Shown here one piece after another: positions 18,057-27,293 of a DNA stretch of 64,000 nucleotides (the first letter of the stretch is position 1; every line of letters starts with the position of its first letter). Both the position numbers and the translations under genes were made by a program. This DNA is from Pseudomonas phage sp. 30-2: sequence record LC727697.1; one strand, 5' to 3'. The notes beneath the pieces are model-generated. The model was not told the DNA's origin and ran no database searches. It saw nothing but the letters and a program-made list of their open reading frames with translations.

Positions 18057-19810
18057 TATCCTTCAATTGTATAAGAAGTAAATCCACCTTCTTTTACTGC
18101 TTTTAGTTGAACATCAACTCGTCCAATTAATTCTTCTCTGTGTGACACCAAAAATACTTTTCTGCTAGAATCCCTTGACATTTGTTTTAGAATGCTTAGA
18201 GCAGATTCTACACCTCTGGTATCTAATCCATTGTCTATTAATTCGTCTATATACAGCAGATTTATTTTATAGTTAAGACTTTCAAATACATCCCTGAATG
18301 CCCAACTTAGTGAAAGAATTAAACGGGTGCGTTCACCTCTACTTAAATTATCAAAATCTAATTCTCTGCCGTGTTCTGTAATCTGAACTTCTAGGTCAGA
18401 CATAAATTTTACTTCGTGTGGCAATCCTATTTTTATTAAGTAGTGTGCAAGTCTTGTATTTAGATAAGATAAATTTTGATCTATAATCTTTTTTCTTATA
18501 AAACTATCTTTTGAGGTTAGCAGTTTTAATAAAAATTCTTGATGATCTCGCAGCGAAACTAACGTATTAATAGTTTCAAAATCCACTTGTTTTATACTAT
18601 CCCGTAAAATAGAAACATTTTCTACGTGAGGGTTAGTTAGCATTTCTTCTTTTTCTATAGAATGCTCTAGTGTATTAATCATAGTTTTATGATTATAAAC
18701 GTCATCTAAAGACGAATAAAACGTAGATGGTTTTTCCGGTATAAAAATAGAATTTAATGTATTTAAAATTAATTCTTTTTCATTTTCTTTTTCTTTAAGT
18801 GAATTAGTTGCAGATTCTAACTTTAATTTTAAAGATTCAGTTAATGAAGTATGACTATCATTTAATTCTTGTCCGCACGTAGGACATTCGTTGTGTTCTG
18901 TAGTTTTTAGTAATTGTGACGAAAGGTGAGATACTGTTGTAGATAATGACTGTATTTCTCGTTCTACAATATTATATTCTTTTAAAATATCATTTTTTTC
19001 TCTTTCTTTAATAGAAATCTCTTTTAAAACTTTATGCATTTCTATTTCAGTATCTATATCTATTTTATTTAGATGCTCTAGCGATTCTCTGTATTCTTGT
19101 AAAGTATCTAAATGTCTTTTATCCCAGGCTTTGCTTCTAAGTTCCATAGAAGCAATGTTTTGTTCTATGCTTTTATTTGCTTCTTGGATTGCTTTAATTC
19201 TAAATTCTTCTTCTTTAATTCTATCTTTAGTATCTTTAACTAAATTTTTTAGAATATCTGCTTTTTCACTTAGTTTAGTTATGCCTAGCAGTTGTTCTAT
19301 TAATTCTCTTTGTTCGGTAGTTTTCATAGAGAGAAAAGGAGTGGAATAAGTGTTTAGTGCAATTATGTTTTTAAACATATTATGACTAAAACCTAATTCC
19401 TTTTCTAATGCAAGTTGTGTTTGTCTGCTGTCGCCTTGCGCTTCGTCAGTTTCGTCTGTTTCTAATTCTTTGTTGTTGATTATAACTTTAAATATATTGG
19501 GTTTTCTTCCCCTTTCTATTTTGTACTCTTTATTATTCAACGAAAATTCTAATTTAACATACATATTTTTTTCATTTGTTTTATTAATTAGATTTTCTTT
19601 TCTTATATTAGTTAATGCTGTACCAAAGAGTGCGTACGAAAGTGCATTTAATTTTGCAGTCTTACCGGTTCCGTTTTTACTGTCATTGCCGCCGAGATCT
19701 AAATTTTCTCCTAAAACTAATGTTAGATCGTTTTCGTCTAGCAATATAGTCTGTGTATTATTACCGACAGACATAAAATTTCGCATTGATATAGATTTAA
19801 ATTTTAACAT
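18056..19810 (-). CDS. 46: Recombination endonuclease subunit, SbcC/Rad50-like ATPase (T4 gp46 family)
   Basis: N-terminus 'ISMRNFMSVGNN...GENLDLGGNDSKNGTGKT' and 'IERGRKPNIFKV' against T4 gp46 'IMSVGQNG...GRNGGGKST', 'KRGQKPNVFEI'. Start overlaps the gp47 stop (ATGA). Confidence 0.85.
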   Translation of the reverse strand: MLKFKSISMRNFMSVGNNTQTILLDENDLTLVLGENLDLGGNDSKNGTGKTAKLNALSYALFGTALTNIRKENLINKTNEKNMYVKLEFSLNNKEYKIERGRKPNIFKVIINNKELETDETDEAQGDSRQTQLALEKELGFSHNMFKNIIALNTYSTPFLSMKTTEQRELIEQLLGITKLSEKADILKNLVKDTKDRIKEEEFRIKAIQEANKSIEQNIASMELRSKAWDKRHLDTLQEYRESLEHLNKIDIDTEIEMHKVLKEISIKEREKNDILKEYNIVEREIQSLSTTVSHLSSQLLKTTEHNECPTCGQELNDSHTSLTESLKLKLESATNSLKEKENEKELILNTLNSIFIPEKPSTFYSSLDDVYNHKTMINTLEHSIEKEEMLTNPHVENVSILRDSIKQVDFETINTLVSLRDHQEFLLKLLTSKDSFIRKKIIDQNLSYLNTRLAHYLIKIGLPHEVKFMSDLEVQITEHGRELDFDNLSRGERTRLILSLSWAFRDVFESLNYKINLLYIDELIDNGLDTRGVESALSILKQMSRDSSRKVFLVSHREELIGRVDVQLKAVKEGGFTSYTIEG

Positions 19811-20823
19811 TATAGGTTTGTGTAAATGCTTATAAGTATGTTTTTATCAAAGTTATCACTTTGGATATTAGTTAGTTCGGAAATAACAATTTCATCTACA
19901 GTTTCGAATTCAGTTTCAGTATCACTTTCTATTTCGTGTTCGCTATATTTAGACTGTAATAATTTAAATTCTCTAACTTTATATGAAGACAAGAATGTTT
20001 CACGTAAGAAATTGGCTTCTTCGTATGTTATATCTACATCTATAGTTGCTTTTACGTGAGTTTTTGGCTTAAGATAATAATCTGGATTTTCTAGTATTTG
20101 TTTCAATGTAGTGGATATGAATCTAGGTCCGTCTTCGTAATTAACATATTCAGGCTCCCCTCCCCATTCTAAAAACATTGCACCCCTATCAAAATCCCAT
20201 ACATCAGAATAGTTGTGACCAAATGGATTGCCGATATAATTAATTTTTCCATTTACTTGTCTCTTATGAAAATGTCCAGAAAATACATATGTTTGATTAA
20301 CAAAATGTTCGGATTTTATTTCTCCTACATCGGGCATTTCTACCATTGCATTTAGTTTAAATCCTGGAATTTCTAAATGCCCAAACAAATATTTTGCTTT
20401 TATTTTAGGAACGTCTTTCCATTCATCTCCTACTAACCACGGTAGAATAGATACATCTCCTTGTTCGAACGGATCTTCTATCATAACTATATTAGGATAT
20501 TTGTGACCCATCGGAATAGAATGTACTTCTCTTTTTTCTCTATACATAAGGTCATGATTGCCAGTGATAAAATATACTTTTTCGAACGTATCGTTTAGTA
20601 GTTCTAAACTAGACATGGTGTAGTTTAGTGTAGATACATTAATGGTGTTTCTTGTATGATGCCAATCGCCTAAAAATATACATGTTTCTGCATTTTTTTC
20701 TTTAGCAGTTTTACAAAACCACTTAATGAAATCTTCACAGTCTTGATTGTGAATTTTAGAGTTATGATGCAATCCGAAGTGAATATCACTAAAACATGCA
20801 ACTTTCTTAAATAAATTACCCAC
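19810..20823 (-). CDS. 47: Recombination nuclease subunit, SbcD/Mre11-like (T4 gp47 family)
   Basis: 'FSDIHFG', 'FLGDWHH', 'ITGNHDL', 'FSGHFH' phosphoesterase motifs, as in T4 gp47. Confidence 0.85.
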   Translation of the reverse strand: MGNLFKKVACFSDIHFGLHHNSKIHNQDCEDFIKWFCKTAKEKNAETCIFLGDWHHTRNTINVSTLNYTMSSLELLNDTFEKVYFITGNHDLMYREKREVHSIPMGHKYPNIVMIEDPFEQGDVSILPWLVGDEWKDVPKIKAKYLFGHLEIPGFKLNAMVEMPDVGEIKSEHFVNQTYVFSGHFHKRQVNGKINYIGNPFGHNYSDVWDFDRGAMFLEWGGEPEYVNYEDGPRFISTTLKQILENPDYYLKPKTHVKATIDVDITYEEANFLRETFLSSYKVREFKLLQSKYSEHEIESDTETEFETVDEIVISELTNIQSDNFDKNILISIYTNL

Positions 20824-20834
20824 TTTAAATCCTT

Positions 20835-21677
20835 TTAATCATCTTTAGAATCATTTAATTCTCTGAGCAACCGAATTTGCTCATCGTGTTCTAATTGTCT
20901 AGTAAGGCTAGGATTTTGTCCCATATTTTGTAATAAATCATCCCTGATTATTTGATTACGTTTTTCTATGTTGAATACCCTAGTAAAAGAATTGTTTATA
21001 GACGAAGTGTAATATGCAAAGGGATTATCACTTAAATGTTCGTCGAATTGCAACCCCATAGACGCTAACTGAAGTAAAGCTTGTCCCTTCATTTCATCTA
21101 GATATGAATATCCACGCCAGTTGCTTTTTTGACCGAATTTGTCAATTAACAACATAAACATTTTTGCTAATCTATCTGATATAGATCCTCCAGTTAAGCA
21201 AAACTCTCCTTTTTTGCTGTGGCTTCTGCCTACTTCTACTAAGTTATTATTTTCGTCTATAATAAAATGCTTAAAAGGAGTAAAATTTAACTTAACATGA
21301 TAGTCTTTAATTGATTTTTTTGTCTTTTTCCTATCATGATCTTCTGGAATATGTTCGTATGTGATAACACGAAAAACAACATCATGTTTATTTATTGTTG
21401 CAGGATCTACTTGGGTTATAGATGCTTTTGCTTTTTTAGAACTAGTATTTGTTCTTAATGCATATTCATCTATCTGTACTTGAGTTAAACGCTCTGCTCG
21501 TTTAAGTATTGCTGCGTTTATATTTTCTTGTTTCAGACAGTCTTCTTTTGAAGTAAAGATAATATCGTAATCTTTATACTCTGGGGAAATATATTCGCAG
21601 AATGAATTTTTACTACGATGTATTTCCTTTAACATTTCTTTATTATTAATATAATTAACTACAATTTTTGTATTCAT
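20835..21677 (-). CDS. 55: Late-transcription sigma factor (T4 gp55 family), with a ~100-aa insertion
   Basis: 'NYINNKEMLKEI' against T4 'NYVNNKELLQAI'. 'SNWRGYSYLDEMKGQAL...NPFAYYTSSINNSFTRV' against T4 'FNFSGYTQSWKQEMIADG...NPHAYITQACFNAFVQR'. 280 aa versus 185 aa in T4. Confidence 0.75.
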   Translation of the reverse strand: MNTKIVVNYINNKEMLKEIHRSKNSFCEYISPEYKDYDIIFTSKEDCLKQENINAAILKRAERLTQVQIDEYALRTNTSSKKAKASITQVDPATINKHDVVFRVITYEHIPEDHDRKKTKKSIKDYHVKLNFTPFKHFIIDENNNLVEVGRSHSKKGEFCLTGGSISDRLAKMFMLLIDKFGQKSNWRGYSYLDEMKGQALLQLASMGLQFDEHLSDNPFAYYTSSINNSFTRVFNIEKRNQIIRDDLLQNMGQNPSLTRQLEHDEQIRLLRELNDSKDD

Positions 21678-21696
21678 TGTGCATCCATGCTTTTTA

Positions 21697-21730
21697 TTAT
21701 TATTTTACAACAAAATATTTTCAAAGTCAA
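21697..21730 (-). promoter_or_regulatory. Sigma70-like promoter (TTGACT-N16-TAAAAT on minus strand) for the 55-47-46 operon
   Basis: Plus-strand 'agtcaa' at 21725-21730 and 'atttta' at 21703-21708. Confidence 0.35.
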
Positions 21731-21751
21731 ATATTAGCATATAAACCTACT

Positions 21752-21759
21752 GATAAATA
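21752..21759 (+). promoter_or_regulatory. Late-promoter-like GATAAATA box upstream of the baseplate operon
   Basis: 'gataaata' ~20 nt upstream of the GTG start at 21780. Confidence 0.4.
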
Positions 21760-21779
21760 TATAAAAGAGATTATATATC

Positions 21780-22415
21780 GTGGATAGTAGAGCAATTTTA
21801 AAACCAAAGAATGCGTTAGCTGCAAATGATTTATTTGGAGAAAGTAACGACCAGCTTGTTAACATTCTTGCACCTCTAAAAAAGACAGGCGGTTTGATAT
21901 TTCCGTTCAGACCGATAGTTACATTAGCAGCAGATGCAGAATACGATGAATCCTTTCATTTTACTCATACTAACTACAAATACCTTGCATATGTTAAATC
22001 TGCACCTCAGCCTATATCAGTAGAAGCAATATTTACATCACAAACAGATGTAGAGGCAAGATATACATTAGCAGCAATGCATTTTATGCGAACAGTAACA
22101 AAAAATTACTTCGGACAAACAGATTTAGTAAGAGCAGGTACGCCGCCGCCTATTTTATCATTTAATTACTTAGGAACATACATGTTCAAAAATGTACCAG
22201 TGGTTGTTAAAAATTTCAGTATTATTTTAGACAACAAAGTAGATTATGTCCCTGTAAGATTTAACAACATAAGTGAAAATACAGATGTTCCTACTCAATT
22301 AACTATGACGATAACGTTAGAACCTCAATATAATCCACAAGAGGTTAGGCAGACATTTGATCTAAGTAAATTTAGGACAGGTGAGTTACTGAAGAATAAT
22401 AAAGGATTTATATAA
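21780..22415 (+). CDS. Baseplate or tail-tube-related structural protein (hypothetical), 211 aa, GTG start
   Basis: First gene of the late operon, immediately upstream of the gp53-like gene. No secure family assignment. Confidence 0.4.
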   Translation: MDSRAILKPKNALAANDLFGESNDQLVNILAPLKKTGGLIFPFRPIVTLAADAEYDESFHFTHTNYKYLAYVKSAPQPISVEAIFTSQTDVEARYTLAAMHFMRTVTKNYFGQTDLVRAGTPPPILSFNYLGTYMFKNVPVVVKNFSIILDNKVDYVPVRFNNISENTDVPTQLTMTITLEPQYNPQEVRQTFDLSKFRTGELLKNNKGFI

Positions 22416-22714
22416 TGGCAAATAACATTTCTTCTACGAAAAGTCGATATTATGATACACCTATAAAAGATTTTTATTTAGATTTATGGGTTCCTAGGAA
22501 AATATTACCTAATATAACTGATGAATTAATTGTTATTGCACCTAAATATGATCAAAGACCCGATTTGCTTTCGTATGATTTATACGGAACAGAAGAACTT
22601 TGGTGGGTATTTGCGGTAAGAAATATGGATGAATTAATCGATCCTATATACGATTTTACTGCTGGAAAATCTATATATGCACCCACTATAGAATCGTTAG
22701 AAGGTATAATTTAA
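22415..22714 (+). CDS. 53: Baseplate wedge protein, gp53-like, 99 aa
   Basis: 'KYDQRPDLLSYDLYGTEELWWVFAVRNMDELIDPIY' against T4 gp53 'KGSPRPEELANAIYGNPQLYWVLLMCNDNYDPYY'. Confidence 0.55.
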   Translation: MANNISSTKSRYYDTPIKDFYLDLWVPRKILPNITDELIVIAPKYDQRPDLLSYDLYGTEELWWVFAVRNMDELIDPIYDFTAGKSIYAPTIESLEGII

Positions 22715-24738
22715 TGTCATTAAACAAACCTACTCCTACTAATACGGATACAAATATGTATCCGTTTTTACCTAATCCATTAGATTCTATAACTAGCACT
22801 ACTTATCATTTGCGACTATATATGTGCTCTATAGAAGATATAGTAAACAATAATGTATTAGACAGGTCCAGGCAAATAACAATTGCAGAATCGGGTGTTA
22901 CTGGATTAGGTATAGATGACTTCATATTAACAACTGTTCCCGGAATGACAGTAGAAACTGGCACGGGTGAGTCTACAACATTATCTTTTAAAATTCAAGA
23001 ACCTCATGGCAGTAGTATGTTAGATCAGTTATATGCATCTGCTGTTAGTTTAGGTATAGATAATTACTTAAAAGCACCATATTTTATGGAATTGACTTTT
23101 AAAGGTAGAACAACAACTTCTTCGTTGCCGTCTGTTATGAAGGCAAAATGGGTATTTCCTATTACTATAACTAAAATGGATATGGTTGTTACAGGATCGG
23201 GTACAACTTATGATTTTGTAGGAGCAGTATACAGTGAACTAGGATATACAAACCAATACGGCGATATGCAACAAGGTATATCTCTTTCTGGCAAAACTGT
23301 AGGCGAAATGTTAGAAAAATTAAAACAATCACTCAATGATAGACAGCCACAGCGAGCATCTAATAAACAATTGAAGCCAGATAAGTACGAAATAATAATT
23401 TCGGATGAGAGATTAATAAATGCTCCGTTAAAAATATCTAATTCCGACCAAACAATTGACAGATTATCTGACTATGTAGTGGATGATAACTCAGTAACTA
23501 CTGTTCAATTTTATGATAATACTAGTATTCAGTATATAATTGAAACTATAATAAATTCTACAGAAGTTATTGAAAAGGAAATTGCAGGTTCGGATGTTCC
23601 GGCTCACCCCCAATTTAATCCAGATCCGAATAGGTCTATGGTTAAAAAATTATATAGGGTTTTGTCTCAAGTAGACACGCTAGAATATGACCCAGGAAGA
23701 GGGGATTATGCTAGGAATTTTAGGTATGTTATCGTACCGTACGATACAATGACAATAGTTGCATCGAAGGATGAATCTAGAGTTACACCCGAGTCTTCAG
23801 AAAACAGATTTAATGAATATTTAGGTAGAAGTGTTCTAAGAAAGCATTATAATTATCTATTTACTGGATTAAATGATCAAATATTAGATTTTAATTTGAA
23901 ATTTAATTTCATGTGGTATGCTACGCTACCTAGACAAACAGGAACAGTAGATACTTATACATCTGTTGATCCAGGTAGAAGAATGTCTCCCGATCAGTTA
24001 TTATTAAAACAGAAGATGTCAACAAGTGCATCTGTGAAAAGCAAATTTAATTCAACAGTTACTCCTGGTACAGATCGCCAGGATCCTAGAAATGTATCTA
24101 CTGTAGATACAAATACAGAACAATCGTCTCTAGTGTCAAAAGGAAGGCAAGCAAGGATTAGAGAAAATACAAATGCAGATCCCGACACAGATCAAGAAAC
24201 TGAAGTAAGGCAAAATGCCATACAATTTATAGAAGATGCTACTGCAGATTCATTAAGTAAACTTCCTATTACAACTATAGAAACCCCAGATACTTCAAAT
24301 GATGATATAGGTGTAGAAGACAACTATCATGCAGGTAAATCTTTTTTATCTTCATTATTTTCTCAAATAATGTATGATGATAATGCCGAATTGCTTAAAA
24401 TAGATTTATCTATAAAAGGAGATCCTTATTGGCTAGGTCCGCCCACAACTAATAAAATAAGTACAGTAGAGGATAGGATAAACAGTACAAATACATCTTA
24501 TGTTAATCCTACTTCGTCTCAGGTATTCTTTTTGTTTACTAGTCAGACTCCTAATTTAAATTATATAGAAGGAACAGTAACATCTTCCATGAAACAAAAT
24601 ACTATTATAAATGGCATATATCAAGTTATAGTAGTGAAGCATGTTTTTTCCAAAGGCATATTCCGCCAAGAATTGCAAGCAGTAAGAGATAAATTAACTG
24701 ATATAACAGACATAGACATCCAAAGGTTTAATCAATAA
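22714..24738 (+). CDS. Large baseplate protein, hub (gp27/VgrG-N-like) candidate by position, 674 aa
   Basis: Sits immediately upstream of, and is translationally coupled to (ATGA), the gp5-like spike gene. Confidence 0.3.
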   Translation: MSLNKPTPTNTDTNMYPFLPNPLDSITSTTYHLRLYMCSIEDIVNNNVLDRSRQITIAESGVTGLGIDDFILTTVPGMTVETGTGESTTLSFKIQEPHGSSMLDQLYASAVSLGIDNYLKAPYFMELTFKGRTTTSSLPSVMKAKWVFPITITKMDMVVTGSGTTYDFVGAVYSELGYTNQYGDMQQGISLSGKTVGEMLEKLKQSLNDRQPQRASNKQLKPDKYEIIISDERLINAPLKISNSDQTIDRLSDYVVDDNSVTTVQFYDNTSIQYIIETIINSTEVIEKEIAGSDVPAHPQFNPDPNRSMVKKLYRVLSQVDTLEYDPGRGDYARNFRYVIVPYDTMTIVASKDESRVTPESSENRFNEYLGRSVLRKHYNYLFTGLNDQILDFNLKFNFMWYATLPRQTGTVDTYTSVDPGRRMSPDQLLLKQKMSTSASVKSKFNSTVTPGTDRQDPRNVSTVDTNTEQSSLVSKGRQARIRENTNADPDTDQETEVRQNAIQFIEDATADSLSKLPITTIETPDTSNDDIGVEDNYHAGKSFLSSLFSQIMYDDNAELLKIDLSIKGDPYWLGPPTTNKISTVEDRINSTNTSYVNPTSSQVFFLFTSQTPNLNYIEGTVTSSMKQNTIINGIYQVIVVKHVFSKGIFRQELQAVRDKLTDITDIDIQRFNQ

Positions 24739-26171
24739 TGAGTACATATTCTAGAACAGTAGGTGTAAATCCGTCTGCTAGCAAAACACCGACAGGCAGA
24801 GCACAAAAATATTACGGAATGTATATTGGGTTTGTCAAAGATAATGTCGATAGCAACAGAATGGGAAGACTTAGGGTTTGGGTACCGGAATTCGGTACTG
24901 ATCCGAGCGATGAATCTGGTTGGTTGTTAGTTGGATACTGTTCGCCATTTGCTGGCGCAACTAATCCTATGACAATCGGCGGCTCACAAGATGTATCTGC
25001 ATTCCACGAAACACAAACATCTTACGGTATGTGGGCAGTTCCGCCAGATCTTGAAAATCAGGTAGCTGTAATGTTTGCTAACGGCGACCCTGCAAAGGGA
25101 TTTTGGTTTGGATGCATATGGCAACAACAGATGAATCATATGATTCCTGCAGTTGCTGGCAGTGTTAATAATTATGAGACAGCAGGCAAATCTCTACCTG
25201 TAGGCGAATATAATAAAAACACACTAGAAAAAGTAAATGCACAAACTATTAATAAACCTGTTGCTAGTCTTGCCCAAGGATTAAAAACGCAAGGGCTTAT
25301 TAACGATAATATACGGGGTGTATCTTCATCATCTGCACGCAGGGAAGCACCTAGTCAGGTATTCGGTATTCTTACCCCAGGTCCAGTAATAGACGGTGCA
25401 AATGCAAGAAGGCATGGCGGTCATCAGTTCGTTATGGATGATGCACCCACATCCGAACATATCACATTAAGAACTAGATCTGGTGCTCAAATAAGATTAG
25501 ATGAAACTAATGGAATAATTTATATAATTAATAAATTGGGCACTGCTTGGATAGAATTAGATAACTCGGGCAACGTAGATGTATTTGGTGCAAAATCCGG
25601 ATCTTTACGTTTTATGGAAGATTTTAATATACGAGCAGATAGAGATATTAATATAGAGGCAGGAAGAAATATAAACATTAAAGCATCTAAAGACTATACT
25701 ACTGTTTCTACCGGAGGCATAGCACCGGAACTAACAGGTCAAGGCGGAGATATATTTATACAAGCTAATAATAATTTAAATATTCAATCACAAAAAGATA
25801 CATTACTAAATCAATTAGGAGGCAGTTTGCATAACACTGCCGGAGTTGATATATCTTTAAAAGCAGGTTCTAATTATAATTTACAAGCTGCAGGACAGAT
25901 AGCAACTGCTACTAACGGAACATATGGGTTAAGTGCAGGCGGGGATATTATCGAGTTAGGTGCTAATATACATATGAACGGTCCGCAGCCGCCTGCGCCT
26001 GATTCTCCTACTGAAGCAAGTACACCTACTACTAATGGCAAAACTAATATATTGCCTGAGTTTAGTGATGCAAATAGATATAATAGAATGTCTCAGCCAG
26101 GAGTAACTACTATAGTATCTAGATTTAATACATTCGAACCGTGCCCTGAGCACAAAAATAAAGGAGCATAA
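24738..26171 (+). CDS. 5: Baseplate central spike protein, gp5/gpV-like (OB-fold N-domain plus C-terminal beta-helix, no lysozyme domain)
   Basis: 'GFVKDNVDSNRMGRLRVWVPEFG', a typical spike OB-domain motif (vD..DP.klGRvrV..P). Repetitive 'INIEAGRNINIKASKD..' beta-helix-like C-terminus. Confidence 0.65.
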   Translation: MSTYSRTVGVNPSASKTPTGRAQKYYGMYIGFVKDNVDSNRMGRLRVWVPEFGTDPSDESGWLLVGYCSPFAGATNPMTIGGSQDVSAFHETQTSYGMWAVPPDLENQVAVMFANGDPAKGFWFGCIWQQQMNHMIPAVAGSVNNYETAGKSLPVGEYNKNTLEKVNAQTINKPVASLAQGLKTQGLINDNIRGVSSSSARREAPSQVFGILTPGPVIDGANARRHGGHQFVMDDAPTSEHITLRTRSGAQIRLDETNGIIYIINKLGTAWIELDNSGNVDVFGAKSGSLRFMEDFNIRADRDINIEAGRNINIKASKDYTTVSTGGIAPELTGQGGDIFIQANNNLNIQSQKDTLLNQLGGSLHNTAGVDISLKAGSNYNLQAAGQIATATNGTYGLSAGGDIIELGANIHMNGPQPPAPDSPTEASTPTTNGKTNILPEFSDANRYNRMSQPGVTTIVSRFNTFEPCPEHKNKGA

Positions 26172-26186
26172 TGCTCCTTTATAAAT
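26158..26186. terminator. Terminator hairpin aaaGGAGCATaATGCTCCttt, the same palindrome as at 2170-2196, between convergent genes
   Basis: Identical 15-nt palindrome GGAGCATAATGCTCC. The stop codon of the 24738..26171 gene lies in the loop. Confidence 0.5.
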
Positions 26187-26463
26187 CGTCATTAAAATAA
26201 TTGTATCTTCTGTCGTACAATAATTCTAAATGTGTTGCCAACATTCTAGCAAAAGTAAATAAATCGAATTTGCAATATACATCGTAGAAATTATCTTTTA
26301 TATAGCGTACACTATAAAAATTGATTTCATTAAATATATATTCTTCGTCTAAGTCTTCGGATAAAGCTATGCATACATATTGTCCTTTGTGGGAATCTTT
26401 TGCGATAACATAGACGCCGTATATAAAGTCATAGCTATTATGATACTTTAATTTTCCGGGCAT
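26179..26463 (-). CDS. Hypothetical protein, 94 aa
   Basis: ORF bounded by two terminators. Small moron-like insertion between the hub/spike block and gp25. Confidence 0.45.
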   Translation of the reverse strand: MPGKLKYHNSYDFIYGVYVIAKDSHKGQYVCIALSEDLDEEYIFNEINFYSVRYIKDNFYDVYCKFDLFTFARMLATHLELLYDRRYNYFNDDL

Positions 26464-26494
26464 AAAAATAGGGGGTTAGTTACTTAACCCCCTC
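26463..26494 (-). terminator. Terminator GGGGGTTAgttactTAACCCCC with a T run on the minus strand
   Basis: Perfect 8-bp stem. Confidence 0.6.
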
Positions 26495-26507
26495 CCTTCT
26501 GTTTAAG

Positions 26508-26750
26508 TTACTTTCCTGAAATCATAGATTCCATTTCTTTTATACAATCATCCATTGTATAATGGCGTGTATCTACTAGTACATATTTCTTATCTTTAGT
26601 ATCGTACAGTCCAACTTCTATGAGCTGAGTTCCTTTAAACTTAGACATAACTTGAAACCGTTGTGTCTTAGTTTTAGAATTATATTTGTCAGCCATTTCT
26701 GCAATGCGGTTGAATTTATAGATAGGGAAAGTTACTTTTTCTTTTGCCAT
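26508..26750 (-). CDS. Hypothetical protein, 80 aa
   Basis: ORF followed by a terminator hairpin. Confidence 0.45.
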   Translation of the reverse strand: MAKEKVTFPIYKFNRIAEMADKYNSKTKTQRFQVMSKFKGTQLIEVGLYDTKDKKYVLVDTRHYTMDDCIKEMESMISGK

Positions 26751-26855
26751 TTTCTTTTTCTTAGCTTGGTTACTGTTAAGCGGAATTACTTAACATGCAC
26801 ACAGTATACTAATTTTACTGTTATCCGTCAAGTTAAGTATGTAGAAAAATATCCA

Positions 26856-26863
26856 GATAAATA
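26856..26863 (+). promoter_or_regulatory. Late-promoter-like GATAAATA box upstream of gp25
   Basis: 'gataaata' 24 nt upstream of GTG 26887; SD AGGAA. Confidence 0.4.
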
Positions 26864-26886
26864 TTGAAATAAACAGGAATAATAAA

Positions 26887-27279
26887 GTGGCAAAAGTGTT
26901 TATTGGATTTTCTACGGTAGGTAAAGTTAGGCCACCGTATCAAGTAAATGATATAGATTTAGTTAAAGTAGATTTAATGAATCATTTCTATACAAGAAAG
27001 GGCGAACGAGTTATGTTACCCGAATTCGGAAGTATCATACACGACTATGTAATGGATCCCCTAGACGAATATACAGTAGGAATAGTTGTAGATGATGTCA
27101 AGGACGTAATTGGTTCTGATCCGAGAGTTCAATTAAATAGCGATGACGATATAAAAGTAATACAACTTCACAACGGAATAAGAATAGAGGTATTACTTAC
27201 ATTTTTGCCATACCAAACACCAGAAAGGCTTATTGCTATTTTTACTCAAGAAAATAGTTCTAACATAGATAGATTATAA
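26887..27279 (+). CDS. 25: Baseplate wedge protein, gp25/gpW family
   Basis: 'TRKGERVMLPEFGS' fits the GPW/gp25 signature (RkGsRp.dPeFG). Confidence 0.75.
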   Translation: MAKVFIGFSTVGKVRPPYQVNDIDLVKVDLMNHFYTRKGERVMLPEFGSIIHDYVMDPLDEYTVGIVVDDVKDVIGSDPRVQLNSDDDIKVIQLHNGIRIEVLLTFLPYQTPERLIAIFTQENSSNIDRL

Positions 27280-27293
27280 GTAGGAATTAATTC

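Noticed and set aside
2170-26186. Identical 15-nt palindrome GGAGCATAATGCTCC at 2175-2189 and 26162-26176 as possible att or recombination sites flanking a 24-kb segment
   Set aside because: Both sit in A/T-flanked hairpins exactly at gene ends, so they are most simply explained as related Rho-independent terminators.
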